Source: Wallemia ichthyophaga EXF-994 (lineage: Eukaryota; Fungi; Basidiomycota). From it: a stretch of 62,000 nt of DNA. The notes under the pieces were generated by a model. It had not been told where the DNA came from and searched no databases. It worked only from the letters and a program-made list of their open reading frames with translations. This document shows positions 49,920 to 62,000 of the stretch, one piece after another. The translations under genes and the position numbers were made by a program. The DNA lies in assembly GCF_000400465.1 (NCBI RefSeq), contig NW_008806290.1:60001-122000 (forward strand), read 5' to 3'. Positions within the stretch are counted from its first letter, which is position 1. Every line of letters begins with the position of its first letter.

Positions 49920-52451
49920 CTAATTTATTGAAGATGCTAAGTTGGGAAACCAAGGCTGTAATGCATTAGACCATTGGAGAGTGTGCTGCTGTGTGGATGA
50001 AGTATTTTTCACTTTATCGATGTTTGTCTCGCAGATCAATTTCAGTGCTTGTAATGTCTGCAGAAGAGTTAGTAAATATGGGACAAATTGCAATAAGCAC
50101 TCACACTATCACGCTTCTCTTCAGATAGCTTTAAGTGGGCTTGTGAGGTATTAATGCTAAGTGAAAGATTAATCTTTTCGAGTGCAGACTCATAGTATCG
50201 TGTAGCAGCTTCAGTCGTTGCATTCTACCGATGTTGATAAGCGTGAGACATTATGCTTGATTGCACTTACACCATTCAAGACAAAGAGATCTTTGTCATA
50301 CAACTCAAAGCTTGGATCAGTCTCAATATCCCTGACCGAATGGGTGTCGCGAGGAATATTTCCTCTCATCGTCCACTTGAGACGTCTCTGGAATCGTGCT
50401 TGACGTTCGCCTGTTGATAAAGATGGTGTATTGAGTTTGATGATATGCAGTGCCTATACGAAGTATTAGTGAGATATTCAAAGCAAATACACACTTGCGT
50501 TGAGAGTAGCTTGCGAGAGGTGGTCCATTATACTGGCAAACAGTGTGCGCTCTTTCATCCATTCGAGTGCGTTATGCTTAACAGCCTCAGTGAATCCGAC
50601 ACGATTATCCACTGGGAGGGACGATAAAGATGACGAAGCCTGATTTAGCTCATACTGCCAAGACCTAGCAACCCTACTGAGCTGCCAGTATATGATGAAC
50701 CAATCATGCTCCTTATCGAGCAAATCTAGCTCTGTGGTGACGAGTAGGGATTCTATGTTTAAGCTTAAGATGAAAGATCGCATTGCGAATGGGATCAATG
50801 CGAAAAGTGTTGCAAGTGTCTTTAAATCGAGTTAGATTGGATAAAGAAATCTCAAAGCAACTCACGGGTGATAGCGGCTGTAGTGATTTGGTTGATGGTT
50901 GATGGACTGTCTCTATCTAATATAGGTGAATTTTATGATGAATAATTACCACATAATACACACCTCATTGTCAAGCTCTTCGAATTGTTTGATACTTTTG
51001 GGGAGGTTGCGCTTCTGACGAGGCCTATTGTGGCAGTATGTAGAGACTAGATTGACGTAAAACTAAGTCGAATTTAGTGTTATTGAGATATAACCACATA
51101 AACTTACACCAGCTACTCTCTGTGACCACACACTAAGAGCTTGACCGATGGACATGGGATTACGACCAACGACAGTCATCTCAGCTTGTTTGAGCCTAAT
51201 GACAAGGTCTAGCACTCCGTGTGGGAGGCCAATCATGCCTTGAAGTAGTGAGTCTGTGATCCATTCAATGGAGTGTTGGTTAAAAATGAGGTTATCATCG
51301 GATATGAAGCGGGACTATGATAGGTGAGGTGAGAGGGTTGGATGATTAGAATGAACCTACAAGAGTTAAGTTGCGTAGGTATGATGGAAGAGCTCTTTCT
51401 GAAGGTTTTGAAATGGATCTACTTGATAGCCAATTCTGGAGTGAAAGTTAGATGGTATTTTGAATAGAGAAGGAAGGAAGCGTACAATCCATTCAAGAGG
51501 ATCTTGCACGCGAATAGCTTTGTTTATATCCCTGAAACATTCGAGGGAAGGTTTGAAACCCTCCCAAACGTTTTTGCCTTGAATGTCCAAGAGAGCGTCA
51601 TCGAGTGGGGGTAAAGGTGCCATATTGGGGAGATACTTGGATATACCTGAGTAAAAAGAGTTGGAAACTTTGGTGGATGGGGATGGAGAGGGAGAAATAA
51701 TCTTGATAAGTTCGATAGCATGGTTGATTGAAGATAGAGATTCGTCAAGTTGACGAGGATTATCTGAAGGGCAGTTGGTTAGATATGGGTTGTAGATGGA
51801 GAACAGGTTGAGTCTGAGTTGAATCCTATCTCTTAAACCGATGATGATGTCATTATTTGAATCAGACTCTAATTTGTGATTAATCCAGTTTAAAGATTCG
51901 ATTAAGAGGATCTCAACGTCCTGATCGTTGTACATTTCACCAAGAGAAAGACCAGCTTTGTCGGAGTTAAAGTCTTCAATATCGTACATGACACCTTTAA
52001 TGAGTTCAAACCAAGCAAAGTTGGCGCATTTGAGGGTGGCTAGTAGGGAAGATCTGAGGACTAAACCAATCCATTGCCATTCATAACGATTCTTGTCATC
52101 ATCAAGGTTAAGTGATTGGAATTCAAGTAAATGAAATTGAATAGAAGATAGTTTATGTAAATATAAACTTGAGTATAACGATTGAATCAAATGAGAGCCT
52201 TTATAGAATTCTAATTCTAATAAGGATGTCTTATCGATAATGTAAGTAATTTCAAGTAAATTGAGTTTTGTAATTGGATTAAATGAATCAATTGATTTGT
52301 TTAAATAAGAATCCATACGATTATCACCAATATGTATTGCACTCATCGCATCCAATAAAGTAAATCCAGGCGTATATATCAGCTCACCCAGACTTAGATT
52401 CTCAGTTGGATTGTATATTTCATCCGTGATATCAACGAAGTTATTCATCAA
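49920..52451 (-). CDS. MAK10: NatC N-acetyltransferase auxiliary subunit Mak10/NAA35, multi-exon (3' end approximate)
   Basis: VDITDEIY...LSLGELIYTPGFTLLDAMSAIHIGDNRMDS, YKGSHLIQSLYSSLY, ELDLLDKEHDWFIIYWQL. Confidence 0.87.
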
Positions 52452-52596
52452 TGTTCAAAATCAACAAAGACGCCTTCGATGTCTTCAATCAAGAAATGTT
52501 TCATTTAAATTTTCAAAATTTATGTTTATTTTTTTATAAAACTATCTAAATCCGTTTCATTTGACCCGCGCTACGTTTCATCATAACCATCACATA

Positions 52597-54151
52597 ATGA
52601 GTGATTTACTTGTGAGTTTCTACTAATTAAATTAATATCATCTAAAATGACCTTAGAAACTCGCTTTGACCCATCCACTAGAATTTAGAACCCTATGTAG
52701 ATACAAAATCTGGTATGAACCAAAGAGAGATATTACTCACCCAGAAGAGCACGATACAACTGGTTTTGATAGGCAATCAATGAGAACTTGCTGGGATTTC
52801 TTAGATGCAACTTCAAGATCATTCGCACCAGTTATTAAAGAGTTAGATAGCGTTTTAGCCAGAGTTATTTGCATCTTTTACTTGGTTTTAAGAGCTTTAG
52901 ATACTATAGAAGATGATATGACTATACCACTCTCCATTAAGGAACCTCTCCTTAGATCCTTCCACCAAAAGATACGCGAACCTGGTTGGAATTTCGCCGG
53001 TTCCGGCCCGGAAGAGAAAGACAGAAATTTATTAGTCAAATTCCACTCAGTCATTGATGAGTTCATGCTACTCGATAATGACTGCAAATCCGTTATCTCT
53101 GATATCACTATGAAAATGGGTAACGGCATGGCTGATTATTGCGCTGCCGCTGAAAACCCACAACACCCTGGTGTTGAGACTATTCAAGATTTCGACCTTT
53201 ACTGTCACTTCGTTGCTGGTTTAGTCGGTGAAGGTTTATCTGGCTTATTTGCTGCAACTAAATTAGAAAAACCTTTCATCGCTGATCAACTCGAGCTATC
53301 CAATAGCATGGGCTTGTTCTTACAAAAAACAAACATTCTCAGAGACTACCGCGAAGATGTTGATCTCGGTAGAGAATTCTGGCCAATGTCTTTGGTTAAG
53401 CAACATGGTTTCAACTCCCGCGCTGAATTAAAAGAACCTGCAAATCAACAAAGAGCTCTCTGGGTCATCTCTTCAATGGTTCTTGACGCCCTAAGACACG
53501 CTCCAGACGTACTTGATTACCTCACTCTCATCAAGAACCAATCCATCTTCAACTTTGCTGCTATACCTCAAGTACACGCAATTGCAACCCTCGAAACTTG
53601 CTTCATGAACCCTGATCTTTTACATAAAAACGTTAAAATACGCAAGGCTGCTGCTGTTGAAATTCTTATGACCGTTCGTAACCCAAGAGATGTTGCTGAA
53701 CAATTCGTTGCTTTCTCAAGAAAAATGCACGCTAAATTATCCCCAGCTGATCCAAACTTTATTAAACTCTCCATAGCCATGTCTAGAGTTGAACAATGGG
53801 CTGAACGTCGCTTCCCAAGTTTACTTGATTTTGAACAAGGTCAAGTTCACTTTAAGAAATGGGACAAGAGATATATTACTTTTGCTGAATTTGATAAGCG
53901 CGTCACTGATCGTGAGACTGAGGAGAAGAGGGCCCATCTCATTCCAGGAAGGACTTCATTTGATGATGATCCTAACGAAAAGATACCATGGAGGTGAGTA
54001 TTTATCTATAAACACACTTCAACCCAACTAACATTCTCAAAGGTTCGTTTTTCTCATTATGGGCTGCTGTCTCACCCTTTTCCTCGTTGTCGCCGTATTT
54101 GTTTGGTTCTTTGTTCTCTGGCTCTCAAACATCGGAAAACGCTTCGAATAA
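52597..54151 (+). CDS. ERG9: Squalene synthase, 3 exons
   Basis: TSRSFAPVIKEL, FYLVLRALDTIEDDM, YCHFVAGLVGEGL, MGLFLQKTNILRDYRED, C-terminal TM anchor. Confidence 0.96.
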
Positions 54152-54307
54152 TCTCAATATTAGCAGAAAACAAATGTCTCGATGCAAAATGGAATCTCTA
54201 GAATTACTTAATAAATATTTTACATGTAATTATCCGTTTTCTTTTTAAAATTTGGATTCGTTTGACTATAAGAGTATAGTATAGCTCCAGGCTTAAAAAC
54301 ACACTAG

Positions 54308-55645
54308 TTAATTAACAATTCTAGGTTGATATGCTCCAGTTGGTATATCATTTGAAACATCGATTGTCGACGTACTATCATTCTTGTAGTGCCATGCTTG
54401 GTTTTCTAAGTGATCATCGTATTCATGAGAAGCCCGTGTCATTTCATACCCTCTCGACGAAGGTAGGAATGCTTCATCAAATTCATCTGCCATTGTCGCA
54501 TTCTTTTTGCTATGTGCGTAAGGCTTATTACGAGCGTAATCGAAAAAGAAGCGGAAGGATAAGCTAATATCGAATTAGGCGTTGTAGGTATCCAAAATTA
54601 AACTCACAATACATCCTTGATCAAGTCCGTCAAGTTGATGGCATATAAGAATGCCATCAACGGATTCATGATACGTTGAACACCTTCAACCTTGGTCCTG
54701 TTCCTATATTCCTTGAAACTAAACGCGTAAATCATAAATGCTGAAAAGAAGACCATCTCAACGCATATACAAAGACTGTCTAGTCCATTACTGATGTTAT
54801 TCCTTGTCCAGTACTCTGTTGACTTTAAAATATTATGCTCCGCAAGCTGGTCGAATATGAAGCCTTGGTAGAATGTAAAAGCGACAAGTAGCTTGATTGA
54901 TAAGAATTTTGCGAGTGGTTTCTTACCCATTAAATCAGCTTTGGTAATAGTGTAGAAGATGACAAGAGCGTAGAGCGCGACCGATATAGAAACAAAGTCG
55001 ATAGCTGTTATGTATACTTCAGCAAAGTGAACACTGTACGTTGTAGAGCAAAGTACATTCTCTGCTTCGCAAATGATAGATATGATACTGAGTAGTGGAC
55101 GCAGAATTGCATACTGTAAAACACCCCACTTGAGCGTATACATGAAATAGGGCTTTGATGCTCTAAAACGCACCCATTTGAACTATTATGTAAGTAAGTG
55201 ATGTGCTGCGCATTTGACATGTTCTTACCATGGGTAAAGCTGATTTCCCCTTCTGCTCTAAGAAATCACGCTGGTCTTGGGGAGTGTTTCCAATGTATTG
55301 AATGAGTAAGTATAAGAATGAGACCATTGAAATACTTTCCCAGATATTGAGACAAACTGTAAAGTAAATTGAGCTTCTAAAATAGCGATAAGAACAGAAT
55401 GAAATGATTGCATAGAAAGCGGGAAGAAGGAGAATTCTAATGATATTCCTTTGCTCGTTCTTGACGTTGAAATGCTTACAATGCATTGAGACTGAGAAAG
55501 CAGTGATGATAACAGTCGCTACAGCGCAGCAACCAGCGACGGTCCAACCAATTCTGTGAGCATCCCAATGAATACCATTATCATCCCAAAATCTTGATTG
55601 ATCAATTTCTGTGGTATTTTCTTCCTCTATGCAGTGCCGAACCAT
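54308..55645 (-). CDS. Organic solute transporter Ostalpha / TMEM184 (DUF300) family membrane protein
   Basis: EQRNIIRILLLPAFYAIIS, KWGVLQYAILRPL, KPLAKFLSIKLLVAFTFYQ, CICVEMVFFS. Confidence 0.9.
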
Positions 55646-55679
55646 GGCTGCGTTGAACAACGACGAGAGTATATAACAA

Positions 55680-58116
55680 ATGTCCTCATCGGATACTACT
55701 TTAGATGTAAAAATCAAAAATCTACAAAAGTCAGCGATTAATTTAACTAAAATATCAAAAAATTTACTCAAAGCTGACGATCTCGCATTTCAAAAGAGTA
55801 TCGATGGAGATTTCAGCGCAAAATGCAATCAAGCGGAGGAAGGCGTAGTGGATAACATAAACCAATTACTTGGATTTGTTAATGGGAATAGCAGGGAGTT
55901 AGACGCTGATGATTTGGTTGGTGATACAAAGCCAGTAGGTGAAGTCGTTGATCAGCTTTTGGAGGATAGCTCTATCAACATCGATAAGCACACAAATAGC
56001 TATAACAAGCCGTCCTTATCGAAAGACTTGGATCCTTCAATCTACAATGACAAAGCTATTCAAACAAAACCACAATCAAAGTGGTTTTCGAAGGTTGATA
56101 ACTCAAATACTCATTGGAAGCCACTCATTACTCACAAGCCAAACGCTAAAACTCCCCTCACTTGGTCTAGCGTTGACGACGGTGTTCTTAATCACCCTTA
56201 CAAACATGAAATAGATACAATACAACACCCCTCGAATCAACTTTCACTCCACGATCCAATCGAGCAGGGCACTTTTGAACAAACTCCTTTTACTTGGGTG
56301 GATAATGAAGATACTTTAAATTTACTACTGGAGAAATTGAATAAGGTTTCAGAAATTGCCATCGATTTGGAACATCATGATTTCAGATCGTACCATGGAT
56401 TCGTTTGTTTGATGCAAATATCAATCAGAGGCGAAGATTTCATAATAGACACCCTAGAATTAAGGGATCAACTCATTAAATTGAATGATCCTTTCACTAA
56501 TCCAAACATCGTAAAGGTTTTTCACGGTGCTGACTCTGATATCATATGGTTACAGCGTGATTTTGGCGTATACATTGTCAACATGTTTGATACGTACCAC
56601 GCAACCAGAGTATTAGGATTTAATCAGCATTCACTAGCCTCTCTCCTCGTCAAATACTGTAATTATACACCAGACAAACGCTATCAAAGGGCTGATTGGC
56701 GTAAAAGACCACTCACTAAACCAATGTTAGATTACGCAAGATCAGATACGCATTATTTATTATATATTTATGATATATTACGCAATACGCTTATTAAAAA
56801 ATCAACCAAAAAGTACAATATGCTCAAGGATGTACTTGATAGAAGTGCGCAATTATCAGCCAAAACTCATTATAGGGATCTTTATGATTATGAAACCGGT
56901 AAGGGTTTCAATGGTTGGTACAATCTCGCACTCAAATGGAACAAGAGAATGGAACCAGCGCTTATCGAGGTATTTAGAAGATTACATCAATGGAGAGATG
57001 AATTGGCTAGGAAGGAAGATGAAAGTGTTCACCTTGTTCTCTCTAACCATCAACTTTATGATTTGGCACTTAAACAACCAACTACACCGCAAAAAGTTAG
57101 CGATATTTTCCAAAAGAAAATTCCACACTATGTGAGAAGTCAGATGCGGGAGGTTTGTCATGTTATCAACTCAGCTATCGAATTCGCAAACACACATAGT
57201 GACAAATTACATGAAATGATAATTCCAAAACCGATGCAAAAACCAAATAATGTCCACTTACCATTCAAGACAGGACTTGATTATGATTTGTGGAACATTA
57301 ATCAGTCACAGCCAATATCATCGAATACTCTTTCTGATGTCACACGTAATAAGCTATTTGGTCAAGATAATTCCAAGCAAGTACCGCAAGCTAGCACTTC
57401 GAAACTCTTTAGTGGTGCTACAGATGCTGTGAATACAAAGAAAAGTAAAGCAGTTGAAAAAATTACTTCGTCGTTCGACTTGGTATCACTTATTCCTCAT
57501 GTGAGTTTACTTTATGAAATGTCAAAATTTCAATCATAATAACTCACTTTAGGCTACACCCTCGACTGGGTTTGACTTTGATGCATTCGACGAGCACAAG
57601 CGACCAATAGAATTCAAACCACCACCAATGCCTGCTCGCGTAGATGAGGTGCTCAAGGAAGACAAGCAAAGGATGGAAGAAGAAAACAAGTCAAGTGGAG
57701 ATGTCAGTATGGCTGAAGCTTCTCAAAAGACTAAGGAAGAGAAGATAGCAGATAGTATACCGATCGATGCTGGTATCACCGCAGATGACATCGCTACCGT
57801 CGGCAAGCAGGCGGATAAGAAGCGTAAGCGTAAGGAGAAGGGAGGAACCAAGGACAAGGATAAGGAAGGTAGTAAAGGAGAGAGTAGTAAAAAGGAAAAG
57901 ACAGCCAAATCTAGTAGGAAGGACAAGGTGGATATTCCAGACTTCGATTACGACAAGGAGGAGAGTGTACTGGATAAGCCACTCGATGACCTGTCGCAAT
58001 CAACAAAGAAGCCTAAGAAGCAGCGTTATAAAGCCAACTTTGAAGGACAATTCAAGCGACCAGGATCTTCAAAGATGCAACAATCATCGGGTAACCGCTC
58101 GCATACATTCAAGTGA
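55680..58116 (+). CDS. RRP6: Nuclear exosome 3'-5' exonuclease Rrp6, 2 exons
   Basis: EIAIDLEHHDFRSYHGFVCLMQIS, KVFHGADSDIIWLQRDF, QRADWRKRPL, YARSDTHYLLYIYD, HRDC domain, K-rich tail. Confidence 0.96.
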
Positions 58117-58161
58117 GCTGATAAATTTAATTATTTGTACAAAGAAAGGGCTTTAAAGAAT

Positions 58162-58754
58162 TTAAGCAGTCCATAATCTAGCAACGAGCTCAGTCACGCC
58201 AATATCATTAGTCTGGAAGCTGTATAAACCCACGGCGGTGCCGATAGTGAGTGCTCTAACGGACCATCTCGCGACAGGGCCAATCTTTGGGAACTTTCTG
58301 TCGTGGAGATAATCAGTCAAAGAGGCGTCGAATCCGATATGAGAGTGGACCAATAAGGAAGAGCAGATGAGACCATCCAAGACTGGGTGAGAGGAAGTGA
58401 CGAATGAAGCGCCAATAATTGGAACCAAAGCTGCGGATACGGCTCTCTCGAATGCCCAGTGAGAGCTACCGTGAGCTGAGTTTGGTGGTGGGAATTTCGT
58501 TGGGTCGTTGACGGTGCCCTCAACGTAGCCTGCAATAAGATCAGAATCAGTCAAGCGGTTAGAAGGATTTACTAACTGCTGCTGGCTTGTGCAACTTGTG
58601 CAGCTTGCTGTGTGGCTGATTTCGATGCAGAGAATGAAGTTTGAGTTGCTGTATTAGATTAAGATTAGTAGGTGTGTGGCTTGCATCGCAAGCAAAACAC
58701 ACAAGAATGAATTCCTCTTCTCGTCAGAGCTTGTACTCCTCTAGAAAATGACAT
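58162..58754 (-). CDS. SDH4: Succinate dehydrogenase cytochrome b small subunit (CybS), 3 exons
   Basis: GTVNDPTKFPPPNSAHGSSHWAFER, HSHIGFDASLTDYLHDRK, NDIGVTE...LW. Confidence 0.92.
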
Positions 58755-58827
58755 GATGATGGCTGTGTCTAAACAACTTTACTCTCATTGGTCAACATCG
58801 AAAACCGATATTTGCCGTATTTAGACG

Positions 58828-59866
58828 ATGAGCGTGGAGGACACCGATGTATTATTACAATTAGTACTCGATTTAGAGCGTAAATTCAATCTAGAGCCAT
58901 CAAGCCATCACGACTTATCGACGCGTCTAAAGGAAGAATTGGATAGATTTGCGTTAGAAGATGTTAAAGACTCACCTATATCATTAAATGATATCCTCGT
59001 TTACTTATATCATCAACGTAAACAGATCCATAGTGAAATTTACAATCTCAAATCTAAAACTTATTCAAAGCCCAAGTACTTTTACACTCAATCTGGTAAA
59101 GATGAATTGAGAAGCTTGGATATGACAAAGGAGAACATGCGCTTAGATGCAGTTGAAGATGGTAGATTCGATCAGACACTCAAAGGTTTCACTGTTGATA
59201 GTATCATATCTTTGTTCGTCATCGGCATCTCATCCGATATTGTCTAATTGGTCAACTACAGAACTACTCAAAGCAATATCATCACCAAAGCTTATTGGAG
59301 TCCACGTGATCTGTCTAATTCTGAGTATGCTCATATCCCCTAGAAACACCTTTATCACTCACATCACCCCCACCAGTCAAATTAAGCAGCTCGCAGAAGA
59401 TAATACCGATCTCTCAATTCAAGCACTCTACAAGCAGAAAGAGTTACGCGAGATACGCGACAAGATACGTAAGAGAAGAATCGACGTTAATGCATCTACA
59501 AAAGATCTTCAAACTATCACAAGAGGTCTCGTTAGTCTCGACAAAGTCAGGGAGAGTAAGGTTAAGGGTAAATTCACTCCTAAACAGTGGCAAGAATATG
59601 ACACGTGTGTTGCATTCTATTTAATACTAAAACTTTCACTCACACACCCACAGTATCATTAAAGAACTTAAACTTAATATACAAAAAAACATGAGGAAGA
59701 AATTCATCATTCAAGTGAGTTCCCTATCTTCTACCACACTTAATCTAATCAAAATCAAAATCAAAATCAGCATGCTATACTTTATTGGCAACCGTATTGG
59801 TCAGAATCTCCAAAATATGTCAAAAGAATGTTAAAGATGTGCGATGAAGGAAGACTGGTTCAATAG
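58828..59866 (+). CDS. Coiled-coil protein, weak candidate for kinetochore CENP-H (Fta3/Mcm16)
   Basis: Several exons with clean splice signals and heptad-rich sequence. The last exon FIIQ/HAILYWQPYWSESPKYVKRML resembles the CENP-H C-terminal W-x-E-x-P signature (recalled, not searched). Confidence 0.45.
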
Positions 59867-59974
59867 CCCTCTCAGACCACACAAATACCCCAAATTTTCT
59901 TGTACTATATTATAAGTAACATTAATAAAATTACATACAACAAATTCAACCCAGGCTGAGTAGACTTAAAAATG

Positions 59975-62000
59975 TTACACTGGTTGTCTGGCTTGGTGAG
60001 CATTACCGAAAGCTTCACTCGCCTTTATGCAATGCTGTTGGTTGGTAGATACGTCAAAGCAGTAGCAAACGTAGACTGAGTCAACAGTGCTCGTTAAAAG
60101 ATCACACCACATTCTGATAGCGCTGTAGGTGAGCCATCCGGCAACTATTGCTATTATCGGTGAATGTAGTGATTGGTTCAAGTAATGAGCACAGTATATA
60201 AATCCAGCTACTGCGCTAAGTAGAGATACTGTAATTGCAAATAATCTAATAGTAGTCTTTACTAGTAGATCATCCATCAAGCCCTTCACTTCACGCCTAT
60301 TGACTAACTGTTTGACACGTTTGGCAGATGGCGTAAACGCTTCACCCGTTATTCCAACATGAATTAGTGCGTAATTCGATATATGATCTATAAACCCAAG
60401 CGTCATAGCTGCAACCATGCTGATCGCTGTGAACACGATTGATACTGGATGAAAACGCGTAATTCCACTGTTGTTAAGATTGCGCAACCGCACTAATACT
60501 CTCACGAGCAAGCTAGCAGTGGTGAGAATTATTGATGCCAAGCAAATACTTCCAAATGAAGCATGAGTTGATCTGTAAAAAGAATTGCTGACGATTATGT
60601 GCGGTGATGGTTGATGCGGATCGTGTCTATTGAAATACCAAGCACCCAGAACACCACTCGTAGTGACGGCAGCTATACCCCGTAACAATCCCCATGTCCA
60701 GAAACCAACGAGAATAACATAAGCTACCAACAAGTCTGATGACGTATTTACGTGCCAAATCAAACCGCTGTCATTACTATCCCAATGCCCTATTCTCAGC
60801 AGCTTATAAACTAGCCATGCATAAGGTATTGAGAGCAGTGTTGAAAAGAGTGTGAGTCCCAGGTGGTATATGATTAGTGTTGGGTGCTCAAGTATCACTT
60901 GCGATGACAACTCGACGATTTTTATTGAGCGCTTAAGTTTATGCCTTCTTATATAGAGAGTACGGCTGAACCATACTATTATTATCATGGGTATAAGTGA
61001 AAAGACACGTAGGCTTTAGTGAAGTTAGCGTGCACGAACAATTGAAAGCCCACGTACCCAGTGCTCTGCCACCACGATGACCAACTAGAGTCAGACTCAT
61101 CGTCATCAATGAAAGAGCCTGCAAATGCCCAGGTAGAGCTTCCTAGCAAACCGAACAGGATGACAGCGATTGCAGTATACAGTATCGGTGTGATTGCGTT
61201 TTTGAGGATTATTAGATGCATAGCACCCAGAAGTAATGCTATGGTTGTCAACGCGACGAGCAGAGGTGTCGAATGTAAGAGGGTTGTCGTGATGAATGGT
61301 GTTGCGTTCGGTGGCGGTATCGCGGTATCCTTAGCGTGTAGTTAGATTCGTAAGCTCTTAGAAGAAAGACACTAACATTATTCCGAAATAATGTAAAGAT
61401 ACCTATACTTATAACGGATATTATAGAAAATCCATATGTGACTATAAAGGGAGCGTCGCGATATTTTCTAATTGGCGTACGAGTAATTGAAGGGACTGTA
61501 GGTGTGGGTGCTGGGCTTTGTATAAATAACTGATGCGGCTGCTGCTCGTCTTCCTCTATGTCGTCATTGTGATCGCCTTGTGGCCGATTTAGTAAAGGCT
61601 GAGATAACTGAAGCTCAATCTCTTCTTGTGGTTCTGGTTCTGGCTCTGGCGTAGGTGGCTTATGGAAGCTTAATTTTGACTGGTTAGTGAATAGAGATTG
61701 TGCTTGGTTGATGTGATTTGGGTCAGGGGTAGATACTCCAGATCGCTGTGAACCTGTTGAACGATTGAGGTGTTCGTTAGGAGACGGGGATCGCGATTCT
61801 GAGGCTGGCGTAGAGTTTCTGTTCAGTGTCGACTGCTGGAGGTGCGCCATTTCCTGTTCAATCTCGTCATCGTTCATCCACGGCCCTTGATTTGAGCATC
61901 TATCGTCGTAATTGGCGTGAAATATCGGTGAATGACCTGAGCTTGCACCTAATATCCGTGAACTCAGGAATTTTGAAGCATACGCCGTGAAATTGTTTGA
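59975..62000 (-). CDS. Choline transporter-like (CTL/Pns1 family) membrane protein; 5' end beyond window
   Basis: RKYRDAPF, TTSGVLGAWYF, SFGSICLASII, SNYALIHVGITGEAFTPSAKR, STVDSVYVCY. The frame stays open upstream of M61877 to the window edge (...TAYASKFLSS...). Confidence 0.85.

Noticed and set aside
59745-59770. (aaaatc)n repeat before a 3' splice site, and the poly-T run near 41158-41170
   Set aside because: Ordinary intronic microsatellite and polypyrimidine slippage.
1-62000. tRNA, rRNA, CRISPR arrays, LTR retroelements
   Set aside because: gttcga-type matches fall within coding sequence without cloverleaf context; no repeat-spacer arrays, long direct repeats or RT/integrase ORFs seen.

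Overview
Eukaryotic (fungal, basidiomycete-type) nuclear DNA. Genes are extremely tightly packed, with many ~45-60 nt GT-AG introns and CTAAC/CTCAC-like branch points. This style suggests a compact genome such as Wallemia, which is an inference I have not verified. I can support about 26 housekeeping genes: PDA1 (partial), GH5 exo-glucanase, DHYC palmitoyltransferase, NAD-binding epimerase-like, GEA/GBF1 Sec7 GEF, FG-nucleoporin, NKAP, DYS1, GT-like protein, SF3A2, EAF3, RIP1, APE4, UBP14, CLIP-170/BIK1-like, VPS8, MLH1, SNZ1, glyoxalase-like, ISM1, MAK10, ERG9, OSTalpha/TMEM184, RRP6, SDH4, a CENP-H-like candidate and a choline-transporter-like gene (partial). The striking exception is an ~8.6 kb stretch (21525-30174) with no intact gene. 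It holds two 967-bp inverted-repeat arms (23301-24267 and 27797-28763) that looked identical wherever I compared them by eye. They enclose a 3529-bp AT-rich core of decayed coding-like sequence, and a pseudogenised SREBP-type bHLH gene lies on the right flank. Candidate explanations are an inverted-repeat regional centromere, an invertible flip-flop segment, or a long-TIR transposon relic kept homogeneous by gene conversion. Exon boundaries and start codons were inferred manually, so some coordinates are approximate. No tRNA, rRNA or CRISPR array was recognised.
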